Of a stretch of DNA of 49,247 nucleotides, positions 39,401-47,539 are shown piece by piece. The translations under genes were made by a program, and so were the position numbers. Within the stretch, counting starts at the first letter, position 1. Each line of letters begins with the position of its first letter. The notes under the pieces are model-generated. The model was given only the letters and a program-made list of their open reading frames with translations, was not told the origin of the DNA and did not search any database. Source of the DNA: Candidatus Pacearchaeota archaeon (GTDB lineage: Archaea; Nanobdellota; Nanobdellia; Pacearchaeales; GW2011-AR1); assembly GCA_016204145.1 (NCBI GenBank), contig JACQLK010000022.1, positions 1 to 49,247 of the forward strand, in the 5' to 3' direction.

Positions 39401-41473
39401 ATAAACAAATCTCTCGGTGTTTTGGGTTCTTTGACAAATATTTCAAACATAACATGGGGCGAAGGAAAACACAATGTAACGATTTACACAAACGATTCGG
39501 CAGGAAACGTGAATTTCACGACGATAAGTTTTACAATCGACACAATACAACCAACAATCTCCATCGCATCTCCGTCAAATAATTCAAACAGCAGCGATAC
39601 CGGTTTGGATGTTCTTTACATTCCAACAGACGCGGGAAGCGGTTTGTTTAACTTCTGGTACAACAACGACACTTATACTGCCGCAAATAAAAGTTTAGGT
39701 GTTTTAGGGACTTCATTTAATATCACAAATCTCACATGGGGCGAGGGAAAACATAATGTCACAATCTGGGCAAACGATTCTGCTGGAAATTACAATTTCG
39801 CGTCGATAAGTTTTACGATTGACACTATAAATCCTGATTTAAATATAACTTATCCGATTAACAACTCGGTTGTTTCCGATATTAATGCAGACATAAATTA
39901 CACTCGCTTGGATTCAGGAAGCGGTTTGTTTAATTGTTGGTATTCAAATGACACATATCTTGCAAATACAACGCTTTCAAATTGTGAAAATGTAACCGCG
40001 GTTATATGGGGGGAAGGGGCGCACAACGCCACAATTTGGGCGAATGATTCAAGTGGAAATTTAAACAAGACATCTGTGACTTTTACAATATCCCTAAATA
40101 ATCCCCCTGAGATAAGAAATATTTACAATGACACCGCGACCATAATTGCCGCCGCTTCCGGAATCAGTTCTGGACCTTTGAACACTTCATTGATAGTTAA
40201 CTTTTCTGTTTATGACGCTAACGGCGTTGCAAATATGGATAACTCAACAGCGACGGTAAATTTCTCAAAATCAGGCGAGGCATTGAGACAAAGTCCGACT
40301 TGCGATCAGGTTGAAGTAGGCACAAATGTCGCAAATTACAGTTGCAATGTAACAATGTCTTGGTATGACGGGGCGGGAACCTGGGCGGTTCAGGCGTTTA
40401 TTTCAGATTTGGACAGCAACGACGCTAAAAACAATTCCGCGAATTTCTCTGTTGGCGAGACAACAGGATTTGAATCCGGTTCTTTGACTTTTCCATTCTT
40501 ATCTCCGGGGTTAAAAAATCAAACCTCTGCTGTCGCGTTACGGCTGAACAATACAGGAAACAAGAACATGGCTGCAAACACGACGCAGGTAAACGCGACA
40601 AACCTTCGCGGAGAGATAACCTCTGCATTTGCCATATGGTCCGGAAACATTTCTACAAGTTGGGATTCAACAACGCTTGAGGCGTGCGACACAAGCGGCG
40701 GCGATGGAATAAGGGCAAATAATATGTCTTCCGGCAACTATGTAAATATCACCACTGCTAATTTGACAAAAGGAAATTATTTTGTCAATGACGGAAGCAC
40801 GGGACAGGAGGACTTTTATTTCTGCATAAAAACAGTCGGAGCTGAATTGACTTCGCAGCAATATTCCACTGCAAACGAAGGCGCGTGGACAATAAGAATC
40901 CTTCTCGCATTTGTCGCAATTCCAAGAAAGAGGAAAAAGAAAACTGAAAAAGACAAATTGCTCGAAACAATCTCTCTGCTTGTTGACGAATTCAAGGAAA
41001 AGCACCGATTAAGCAAAGAAGACACTATGAATCTTGTCATAAAAGAAATAAGAAAAAAATATAAAATAAACAGAAGTGAAATTCTTGAACTTTCTGAGGT
41101 TAAGAAAATTTCAATTCCCGCGACAATATTCTCAGAGAAAATGGGAATTTTGGAATCGCTTGTGAAATACATGAAGGAAAATCTTGAAATGAGCTACAAG
41201 GAAATTGCCGAGGAAATCAACAGGGATGAGAGGACAATTTGGACATCTTACAAAAACGCCGTCGAGAAACAAAAAGAAGTCATAGAAGAAACCGAAACAA
41301 ACATAACAATTCCCCTTTCAATTTTCAAAGACAGCAAATCCACAATACTTGAATCAATTGTTGTTTATTTGAAGGAAAACGGAATGAGATATTCGGAAAT
41401 CGGCGAATTGCTCAATCGGGACCAGAGAAACATATGGACTATTTACGACAGAGCCGCAAAGAAAAAAAGATAG
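33473..41473 (+). CDS. Giant membrane-anchored Ig-repeat surface glycoprotein (2666 aa) with C-terminal tandem HTH-like domains
   Basis: Basic N-terminal domain, TM at about aa 92-112, sequon-rich body, eight WGEG.HN.T...ND..GN repeats, two ES.V.Y.KEN..Y.EI...NRD.R.IWT.Y units. Confidence 0.8.
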   Translation: MGGTRLAKARIAELKKRIAHAEQKKKEFSDYLRGLKQKYHRGEISYSSFLEHFYQKRNGLNLKEWLLHFDDYIKDCKKEIRKERIKLLGNYSVFAFLSLVFISIFFLAFSNMNIGFTGFAIQEGENISANQSISEEINGEVQNETSPSHQIGQEPLPPSENITANESSISGNFSSGNLTEQNATEINQTQINETQNISAENETIPIQNITNQTTQNIAEQNITQQNVSIVEDATINTTQVTPKIKLGEKVKWKKTISSNEIGNATIILPKNSENITITKIKENKEEDITSSSSITGAVVGGSRENFIFRLLKNIFGRITGRIVDEIARQNVSVEVEIEIDEIQAEYEVEYETPAPYSIEEDIAFGKRVKIFGPDAVHYENVLAFTNISENLNLKNPSKIKIKWIEQNIYINPDSVLDSDENGIYDYVEWNVPSLSEQTFEIIVITKAEHLDENYNFVSDIYEQVKELDGIWSEEIPDAHYVRVTFEKNLTNENDITIYPRITSGNPTIEVYEENGNDLVAEFSSLNENEYNKVFLTNLISESQNVFDLKVVGGTIQIDYIVDPVEVGFFDDFEGTLAKWGTTSWVVTTAQFKNGAQSLQSANGQEGDIITDPFDTSNATSINISFWFRDNNLDAGDIDFYFFNGTSSAYELQTETLETETAEDIWTFKSFTTSNSEFFISNFSVRFNANLGNGENFWVDDFSVNKTTVVVDSTSPDVTINVPQNTTYHVHFDLPFNFNVSLNEAGNALYSLDNGFTNITMNTTDNLNFNATLLDLTEGSYTFQVYANDTAGNANYSESVVFDLVMDNMLVNGTTVAPDGMPTNTTFVIIDESSSNVVYNETNDTHETLIPLNSTYTIEVLPLEIDSVDKVEFNDVNFSEINDTVTSIVKINENETLGNFSTVFSVRPQFETFENGTLFFTAKANALFRCGEWNYTMESCQGNWSLFMNDLIPGEEYNFTFSGTRGYGIINITNATHLDSNRSYISDIYDYVKEYDGNWSEIIPDGHYVRVVFQENLTSGNDITIVPRNLSGDARVEVYENGQDVLLSEFYPLIEGELNQILLTNLTGTQDVFDLRVSGNDVEFDYIVDPNITVIDTQSKDVGITPINSTAFVIVWNNISSDVASNGSFFKIMTTTGSIVLDTVKVDENNPRVSVAALNSTTFALVYVNASTADELRTVWTTDGTKVFGPTTDDGSIGVVGWDVSATAINETAYVSCYVDMGTDGDGDVHIINYNAASSEIGLNGDIDANQNYANLFDCATINSTAWAGVTYDAVDADVGLAVYNDRGTAITALTLIDTSVGTGGAQVSVTGLNGENFAMVWFTNLSTADTNISATVRTANNGVVTAKTRIVNMPGNWTRIDAATVANDTGDYLVLGWINLTTKGVLAQTFKQDLTPASGIITIDTAMNREYPLFDIIGKTTTTSLCNETFAIAYTNFTNSTVVKTYWMNGSIWNGVCPAPADNTKPAISIFSPANLTNTTDNLIDILATYSDAGGLSSAWYNNDTHAVANKSLGTVGSFTNITNLTWGEGGHNVTVYVSDTAGNENWTSVTFEVDSIKPAIEIVSPAINNSNSSDTALDITYTTSDAHLFNFWYANDTTTGANKSLGVLGTSFNITNITWGEGKHNVTIYANDTFGNVNQTRISFTIDSTKPLVTIANPTTNNTNTSDNLLDINYIPTDTFTQIDSAWYTNNSGNINKSLGTLGSLTNISNITWGEGKHNVTIYTNDTAGNVNFTTISFTVDTVIPGISIDSPSNLTNSSNPGLDVNFIASDSGSGLFNFWYANDTYSVANKSLGVLGTSFNITNITWGEGNHNVTIWANDSAGNYNFASVTFEVDSIKPAIEIVSPTGNNTNTSDTALDVTYTTSDLHLFNFWYNNDTHAAANKSLGVLGTSFNITNITWGEGKHNVTIYSNDTFGNVNFTTTSFTIDSTLPLITITNPASNNTNTSDNGLDVNYVATDTFTQISSAWYTNNSGNINKSLGVLGSLTNISNITWGEGKHNVTIYTNDSAGNVNFTTISFTIDTIQPTISIASPSNNSNSSDTGLDVLYIPTDAGSGLFNFWYNNDTYTAANKSLGVLGTSFNITNLTWGEGKHNVTIWANDSAGNYNFASISFTIDTINPDLNITYPINNSVVSDINADINYTRLDSGSGLFNCWYSNDTYLANTTLSNCENVTAVIWGEGAHNATIWANDSSGNLNKTSVTFTISLNNPPEIRNIYNDTATIIAAASGISSGPLNTSLIVNFSVYDANGVANMDNSTATVNFSKSGEALRQSPTCDQVEVGTNVANYSCNVTMSWYDGAGTWAVQAFISDLDSNDAKNNSANFSVGETTGFESGSLTFPFLSPGLKNQTSAVALRLNNTGNKNMAANTTQVNATNLRGEITSAFAIWSGNISTSWDSTTLEACDTSGGDGIRANNMSSGNYVNITTANLTKGNYFVNDGSTGQEDFYFCIKTVGAELTSQQYSTANEGAWTIRILLAFVAIPRKRKKKTEKDKLLETISLLVDEFKEKHRLSKEDTMNLVIKEIRKKYKINRSEILELSEVKKISIPATIFSEKMGILESLVKYMKENLEMSYKEIAEEINRDERTIWTSYKNAVEKQKEVIEETETNITIPLSIFKDSKSTILESIVVYLKENGMRYSEIGELLNRDQRNIWTIYDRAAKKKR
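34795..36738 (+). repeat. Duplicated ~120-aa domain (about 34795-35160 and 36374-36738)
   Basis: A.HLD.N....SDIY..VKE.DG.WSE.IPD.HYVRV.F...DYIVDP present twice. Confidence 0.85.
37856..40090 (+). repeat. Eight tandem Ig-like repeats (~94 aa) with 843-nt higher-order period
   Basis: WGEG codons start at 38051, 38330, 38612, 38894, 39173, 39455, 39737, 40007. Confidence 0.92.
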
Positions 41474-42584
41474 CTTGCTCGAGGGCGAAGAAAAAATCTA
41501 CCGCGAATAGATGATAAAATTTAACAATAGTTAATTCATTCCAAATTACCCCCCAATTGAAAAGAATAATGTTTAAAAAGAAAAAAAAATTAGTGTAAAT
41601 CAAGCGAGGTTGAAGTATTAAATGCATAAAATTAGGGGGGATAGAAAAATTTTTCTTTTGGCAATTTTGATAATCATGTCACTTTTAATTCCTTTTTCTT
41701 CCGCGGGATTTATTGACGATGCATGGGGAAAAATTACTGGAAAAGCGGCGCAATCGGTGAGTGTTAATATTACCATCGGCGTGCCTGAAATTCGAAATGT
41801 TTACAACAGCACTGCGACAATAATCGCCGCAGGCACAGGATTGAGTTCCGGTCCTGTAAATACTTCTTTAATAATTAATTTTTCTGTATATCTTGGCACA
41901 GGGGTGGCAAACATGGACAATGCGACAGCAACAATAAATTTTTCAAAAGCATCAGAAACATTGAGACAAAGTCCGACTTGCGATCAGGTTGAAGTGGGAA
42001 CAAATGTCGCAAATTACAGTTGCAATGTGACGATGTCTTGGTATGACGGGGCGGGAACATGGGCTATTCAGGCATTTATTTCAGATACCGGCGGAAACTC
42101 AGGAAAAAACAATTCCGCGAATTTCTCTGTTGGCGAGACAACAGGATTTCAAATGGGCGCATTAGGATGGGTTTCATTGTCTCCGGGCAGCACCAATCAA
42201 ACAGCCAGCGCCGCTTTGCGGCTGAACAATACGGGAAACAAAAACATGTCTGCAAACACGACGCAGGTAAACGCGACAAATCTTCGGGGAGAGACAGCGG
42301 CAAATAGATGGATTTCTGCAGGAAATATTTCGGTAAGCTGGGATGCAACAACGCTTGAGGCGTGCGACACAAGCGGAGGCAATGGAATTGCGGCAAACAA
42401 CATGAGCAACGGCACTTTTATAAACATAACAACAGCGAATCTGACAAAAGGACACTATCCTACAAATGATGGAAGCACGGGACAGGAAGATTTTTACTTT
42501 TGCATTAAAACAATCGGAAGCGAATTGACCTCGCAGTCATATTCGACGGCGGCGTACGGGCCTTGGATGGTTCAGATACTTCTA
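40106..42584 (+). repeat. 801-bp direct repeat pair (40106-40906 and 41784-42584)
   Basis: Same-length 267-aa domain PEIRN...ILL; long identical DNA tracts such as CATTGAGACAAAGTCCGACTTGCGATCAGGTTGAAGT. Confidence 0.92.
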
Positions 42585-42674
42585 ACGCCTTTGGTTTTAT
42601 TAAACATAAGAAGAAAAAATAAAAAGAATTATCGGAAATTAAATATGAATAGAGTTAAAAACTTTATCCACTAA
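41622..42674 (+). CDS. Secreted protein, stand-alone paralog of the last extracellular domain of 33473..41473
   Basis: Signal peptide; 267-aa shared domain; hydrophobic then basic tail. Confidence 0.85.
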   Translation: MHKIRGDRKIFLLAILIIMSLLIPFSSAGFIDDAWGKITGKAAQSVSVNITIGVPEIRNVYNSTATIIAAGTGLSSGPVNTSLIINFSVYLGTGVANMDNATATINFSKASETLRQSPTCDQVEVGTNVANYSCNVTMSWYDGAGTWAIQAFISDTGGNSGKNNSANFSVGETTGFQMGALGWVSLSPGSTNQTASAALRLNNTGNKNMSANTTQVNATNLRGETAANRWISAGNISVSWDATTLEACDTSGGNGIAANNMSNGTFINITTANLTKGHYPTNDGSTGQEDFYFCIKTIGSELTSQSYSTAAYGPWMVQILLTPLVLLNIRRKNKKNYRKLNMNRVKNFIH

Positions 42675-42682
42675 ACGTCAAA

Positions 42683-43249
42683 ATGAAAAAAATATGCCAT
42701 AAAAAGGTTTTTATATTTTTAGCAACATTGATTTTGTTTAGCAGCAGCGTTCTTGCTTTTGCAGTATCTTCACAATATTATGAAGGCAATCCGTTGTATC
42801 TTCAACCGGGCGAGACCAGAGATGTAAAAATAATGCTTCAAAATCATGCCGGAACAGAAGATGTAAGCATAAAAACAGAAATTAGCGAGGGCAAAGAGAT
42901 TGTTGAATTGAAAGATTCTAATGATATTTTTTTGGTTCCACAAGGAGGAAAGACAGACGTGTACTTTAAAATCAGCGCTCCTTTTAATGCCAAGAAAGGA
43001 GATGTTTTCCCAGTTACTCTGATGTTTGCATCCTCTACTGTCGGGGGAGAAGATCCGATAGGGCTCAGCGGCAGCATTGGAAAGGGATTTAACGTTGTAA
43101 TCGGAGAGCCGTCTGATTTTGAGGCAAAAGAAGCCAAATTTTCGCCAAAAGTTATATACGGATTAATAGGAGTTGTTTTGGTGGTTATCGCATTCTTAAT
43201 CGCAAGAAAAAAGTTTTCAAAGAAAAATAAGAAAACCAACAAATTTTAA
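42683..43249 (+). CDS. Secreted Ig-like protein with C-terminal TM anchor
   Basis: Signal peptide, L.PGET motif, TM plus lysine tail. Confidence 0.75.
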   Translation: MKKICHKKVFIFLATLILFSSSVLAFAVSSQYYEGNPLYLQPGETRDVKIMLQNHAGTEDVSIKTEISEGKEIVELKDSNDIFLVPQGGKTDVYFKISAPFNAKKGDVFPVTLMFASSTVGGEDPIGLSGSIGKGFNVVIGEPSDFEAKEAKFSPKVIYGLIGVVLVVIAFLIARKKFSKKNKKTNKF

Positions 43250-43272
43250 TATACCCTTTCTTATTTTAATAA

Positions 43273-44982
43273 ATGAAAAAAGAGGTTTTATTTGTTCTTT
43301 TAGCCGCAATAGTATTCTTAACAATAATTTATCAAACGAAGGCCGAAAATAATGTTATAACCGGAGAATCGGTTACGGGAGATGTTACAAATATTCTTGT
43401 TTTGAACATAACCGTCTCGGGACCGCCAGGATTGACTCTTCTGTCCCCAAAAAATCATACTTATTTCTCAAGCCAAAATTTGGTTTTGAATTTTTCAGTA
43501 AGCGACGAAGAATGGATAAAATATAGCATTGATTCCGCCGCCAATGTGACAATAACGGGAAACATAAAATTCAATACAAGCGAAGGAAGCCACAGCTTGT
43601 TTCTTTATGCGAACAACAGCAACGGACTTACAATAGAAAACGTGACATTTTTTGTAAACTCAAATCAAATTAAAATTAATTATACGAAATATTCCAATTC
43701 TTACAAGGGAGAATCTACCGATTTTAATGCTTCGTCTTATTCAGAGATACAAAACATATCGGGAATAATTTTAGAGCATACAAGTTTTGGGAAAATTTTG
43801 TTCAACGAAATTATTAATGTAACTGACGATGCGGATTTCAGCGATAACACGGTTGATTTGGACAATTATATTAATATTTCTTTAAATAGAACTTATGTGA
43901 ATTCAACCGCACTGCCGAATTTCAACAAATCAGCGACGCTGACTTTGCATAATTTGACTTTCACAAATCCGAGGGTTTTGCGCGACGGTTCTGTTTGTTC
44001 TTCAACAATTTGCACAGAGCAGAGTTATTCCGGAGGAACTTTTGTTTTTAATGTCACGGGATTCAGCGTTTACAGCGCGGAAGAAACGCCTTCCGAAGAT
44101 ACACCTTCAGGAACAATCTCTCCGGGAGGAGGCGGCTCTTCGGGAGGATCTTCAGGCAGCAGCAGCGGAGTCCTATCAAAAATCCTTCCGACAAAAAGGG
44201 GAATTGAAATAAGCGAAGAAGATGTAAAAGTAAAATTAAGGCCGGGGCAGGTCGTGACAAAAAAAATCACAATAACAAACAACGATTACAAAAAATTAAG
44301 CGTTAACATTGAAAATCCGCGACTGAAGGATTTTATCATAATCAAAGAGCCGGCTTTTGGTTTGGTTCCGGGAGAGTCAAAAGAAATTCTAATGGACATA
44401 ATTGCGAGAGAAGACGCAAAGCCGGATTTGTATCTTGGATATTTGCTTGTGAAGACGGAATTTGAAGAAAAGCAAATCCCTGTCGCAATTGAGGTCGAAT
44501 CCTTAAAATCATTGCTTGATGCAAGAGCGGAAATATTAAAAGAATACAAAGAGATTCTTCCGGGAGAAGAAATTCTGGCAGAAGTGAAATTGTTCAATCT
44601 CGGATATACCGGAAGAGTTGACGTCTCCATGGAATACATAATAAAAGATTATGACGGAAATGAAATCAGCATCAAGCACGAAATTCTTGCAATAGAAACG
44701 CAGACAAATTTTATCCGGGAAATAAGCATTCCTAAAAATGCAAAATACGGAGAATATGTCCTTTATGTCCGCGCGACTTACAACGGCGAAATCGCCAGCG
44801 CTTCCGATGGATTTGAAGTCGTGCAATACAAGGTCACGAACAAAGAAAAGATATTTATAGCCGCGATTATTGTTTTAACAATATTATTGGCTTTGTTTGC
44901 ATATTACGAAATAAGGGAAAAAACAAATTCCGTAATGAGCATAAGAAAAAAAGTCGGCGTAAAAGAGATGATAAAAAAATAA
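43273..44982 (+). CDS. Membrane-anchored surface glycoprotein
   Basis: Signal peptide, FNVTGFSVY domain, Gly/Ser linker, PGE-type Ig-like domains, C-terminal TM. Confidence 0.78.
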   Translation: MKKEVLFVLLAAIVFLTIIYQTKAENNVITGESVTGDVTNILVLNITVSGPPGLTLLSPKNHTYFSSQNLVLNFSVSDEEWIKYSIDSAANVTITGNIKFNTSEGSHSLFLYANNSNGLTIENVTFFVNSNQIKINYTKYSNSYKGESTDFNASSYSEIQNISGIILEHTSFGKILFNEIINVTDDADFSDNTVDLDNYINISLNRTYVNSTALPNFNKSATLTLHNLTFTNPRVLRDGSVCSSTICTEQSYSGGTFVFNVTGFSVYSAEETPSEDTPSGTISPGGGGSSGGSSGSSSGVLSKILPTKRGIEISEEDVKVKLRPGQVVTKKITITNNDYKKLSVNIENPRLKDFIIIKEPAFGLVPGESKEILMDIIAREDAKPDLYLGYLLVKTEFEEKQIPVAIEVESLKSLLDARAEILKEYKEILPGEEILAEVKLFNLGYTGRVDVSMEYIIKDYDGNEISIKHEILAIETQTNFIREISIPKNAKYGEYVLYVRATYNGEIASASDGFEVVQYKVTNKEKIFIAAIIVLTILLALFAYYEIREKTNSVMSIRKKVGVKEMIKK

Positions 44983-44983
44983 A

Positions 44984-45307
44984 ATGGCGTTCACTTATTT
45001 TGAAATCGGGATAAGTTTGATAATATTGCTATTTCATTTTTTCATTTTATACGCTTTGCTTAAACTAAAAATAAGCTTGATTGAGGATTTTTCAGAGGCG
45101 ATAGTTTATTTCAGGGTTTCGGTGTTTGTTTTAATTGCGCTTAGAATTCAGGCAATCTTCAGCAGGGCGGGACTTTTGAATATGCTTTATCTTCAGGATA
45201 TTTTAGCGCTTGTTTTGGCGATATTTTTGTTTTTGGCTTTTCACAGTTTTTACAAGTCAGTAGTTCTTGTTTCAGGAAAAAAAAGAAAGAAAGGCAGGTT
45301 AATCTGA
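44984..45307 (+). CDS. Three-TM membrane protein
   Basis: Three hydrophobic helices; paralogous to the next gene. Confidence 0.7.
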   Translation: MAFTYFEIGISLIILLFHFFILYALLKLKISLIEDFSEAIVYFRVSVFVLIALRIQAIFSRAGLLNMLYLQDILALVLAIFLFLAFHSFYKSVVLVSGKKRKKGRLI

Positions 45308-45311
45308 GACA

Positions 45312-45845
45312 ATGGGACTGGATTTGATAATAATCGGACTCAGCATTGCGACACTTTTGATTCTTTTAGCGGTGCTTTTTTTTCTTCTTGAGATAAAATT
45401 AAGGATTGGCGGAGAGTTAAGGGCGACTTTCGTTTATCTCATATTGGCGATATTAATTCTTATTTCGAGGAGAATTTATTATATTTTTTACCAGTCGGAT
45501 CTGGCGAAATGGCCGTATGTTTCGGATGTTTTGTCTTTGATATTCGCAATCTTGCTGCTTTTGGCGGCGTATGATTTTTACAGAATTTTGGCTGGAATCA
45601 CCGACGCGAAAGTAAAAAACAGTTCGGACAAAAAAAGAAGAAAAACCGGAAAAACCAAAAATGTTCGCGCCGTTTCAGCAAGAATTTTCGGAAACCCAAA
45701 AATTGCCGCACAGGGGAATCTTGGGGCGCAAAGTTCTTTATTGGAGCAGGCGTTTGAAAAGGGCTATATAAGCAAAGAGTCGTATAAGAGAGGAAAAGAA
45801 AAAATAAATAAAGTTTATAATAATCTTAAACAGAGATATTTATAA
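45312..45845 (+). CDS. Three-TM membrane protein with basic cytoplasmic tail
   Basis: Shares VY....LI..RI...F...D.L.L..AI.L.LA...FY pattern with 44984..45307. Confidence 0.7.
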   Translation: MGLDLIIIGLSIATLLILLAVLFFLLEIKLRIGGELRATFVYLILAILILISRRIYYIFYQSDLAKWPYVSDVLSLIFAILLLLAAYDFYRILAGITDAKVKNSSDKKRRKTGKTKNVRAVSARIFGNPKIAAQGNLGAQSSLLEQAFEKGYISKESYKRGKEKINKVYNNLKQRYL

Positions 45846-45886
45846 ATATCAATATTGAATAAGTTTAAATATATTCAAATTTTATA

Positions 45887-46300
45887 ATGGAAGAAGAAGA
45901 TGCACAGGAAATCATTGATGAAGTGTCTGATGAAGACGACGGAGAAGGGATGATGAAAAAGAGGGAAGAAACAAAATCCTATAACAGGGCAGATTATATT
46001 GAAAGAGATGGAAGAGTCGGAAACACGGGATTAGTCAGCGAAGCGGTTACCGATTTGGATAAAGAGATAAACCGGATAAAAAGCGACAAATCCGCTTTAA
46101 ACTTGGAACTTAATAATTTGGATCAGGATTTGGACAATGCGCAACAATTGGAAAAAAAGCTGCAGGAAAAAATTGCAATGCTGGAAGCCAAAGAAGCGGA
46201 ACTCATCAGCGAAAGAAAGAGATTGAAGCAAAAAGGGGATTCTTTGGGAGAGAGGTTAGACAAAGTCAAAGAAATAAAAGACAAACTCACTGAAATATAA
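45887..46300 (+). CDS. Acidic coiled-coil protein
   Basis: Heptad-rich C-terminal half; TATA-like box upstream. Confidence 0.7.
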   Translation: MEEEDAQEIIDEVSDEDDGEGMMKKREETKSYNRADYIERDGRVGNTGLVSEAVTDLDKEINRIKSDKSALNLELNNLDQDLDNAQQLEKKLQEKIAMLEAKEAELISERKRLKQKGDSLGERLDKVKEIKDKLTEI

Positions 46301-46402
46301 AATAATTTTTTCTGTTTTAACAACCGGTACATTGTTTTGACGAAATGATTTTTATTGTGTAATTCGCGCGGATATGCAAATTTAAATCAACTAAAAATTT
46401 CT

Positions 46403-46530
46403 CCCCGCTCACCCACCCCAACAAAACCAACACTAATTTAAAAAACCCGTTTGCCATCTGTTTTAACCGATAACAACTTCCATTAATTCTAAGGCGCGGG
46501 TTTGGGGTTAACACTTTTCAGATAATTTCA
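46403..46530 (+). repeat. Intergenic repeat family copy
   Basis: Collinear with 7890-8015; ends GTTAACACTTTTCAGATAATT. Confidence 0.8.
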
Positions 46531-46624
46531 GCGAATTTGTTCAATCAAAAAAACAATACCGACGATAAAATGCGGCATGATAAACGACGATAATAATTTA
46601 CAGATTATTTTTGCGTTAAAATTA

Positions 46625-47170
46625 TCATCCCCTTTGATTCCATGGCATACGTGTCCCTATAAATTCAAACCGCGGGACTTCTGTTCCGTTGACGACGACA
46701 TTTTCAAGAAACATTGTTTTTGTTCTTATCCACTTTGTTCCCCTTGGGAATTCTTTTCCGTCATAAAATTGCTTATACCATACGACTTCTTCTTTTGTTT
46801 TTCTGTCTAATGCGATTCCTAAAACTTTGTAAATGCCGTATCTTTCATTCGCAGAACTTCTGCTTTTGTAATGCCTATAAACTCCATGCACTAATTTTTC
46901 ATCAACTATGACTTTTAATTGGAGACAGCTGTGTTCAAATTTAGGGATTTCTTTTCCAATGACGGGAATATTTCTAAGGAAATCCTCTTTTGCTTCCGCC
47001 CATCTTGTTCCTTTTGGGAACTCTGAATTGCCGCAAAACTGCTTGTACAAAACATTTTCTTCTTTTGTTTCGCTGTCCAATCCGGTTCCGAAGACCCCGT
47101 AAAATTGCGTTGCCATTTCGCAATCCCGGTACACTCCGCGCAAAACCAATTCCCGTTCCATAAATTTCAA
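46625..47170 (-). CDS. Tandem DUF1653-like protein
   Basis: Two copies of GVYR...Y.V.G...D.ETKEE.V.Y.Q...W.R...F...PRF. Confidence 0.8.
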   Translation of the reverse strand: MKFMERELVLRGVYRDCEMATQFYGVFGTGLDSETKEENVLYKQFCGNSEFPKGTRWAEAKEDFLRNIPVIGKEIPKFEHSCLQLKVIVDEKLVHGVYRHYKSRSSANERYGIYKVLGIALDRKTKEEVVWYKQFYDGKEFPRGTKWIRTKTMFLENVVVNGTEVPRFEFIGTRMPWNQRG

Positions 47171-47241
47171 GCGAAGATTTAGTTTTTAAATCTTGGGAAA
47201 CAAAAGATAACTCTGTTTAAAGATATCTCTATATTCGAAAA

Positions 47242-47314
47242 AGCGAAGGGTGGGACTCGAACCCACGAATAATCGCTCTGCAGGCGATTGCAGTAGCCGC
47301 TGTGCCACCTTCGC
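47242..47314 (-). tRNA. tRNA-Cys(GCA)
   Basis: ATCGC-CTGCAGA-GCGAT anticodon arm; U73 discriminator; GGTTCGAGTCC. Confidence 0.93.
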
Positions 47315-47364
47315 AATGAAAACCTCCGGGCGGGTTTTTCACAATTCCAGCATACAACTGGAAA

Positions 47365-47492
47365 CGCCCGAGACAGGATTTGAACCTGCGACCCCCTGCT
47401 TCCCTCTTCTCTCCAAAAAGGAGATGGTGCGGAAGAACCTTGGTTCTTCTGGTTAGAAGGCAGGTGCTCTCTCCAGGCTGAGCTACCCGGGC
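47365..47492 (-). tRNA. tRNA-Arg(TCT) with 53-nt intron at 37/38 (47401-47453)
   Basis: CCTGC-CTTCTA|intron|A-GCAGG; GGTTCAAATCC; central helix CTTC/GAGG. Confidence 0.9.
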
Positions 47493-47539
47493 TTTAATAT
47501 ACAGATGAGAAAAAAATCTATTTAAAATGTTTTGTTATT

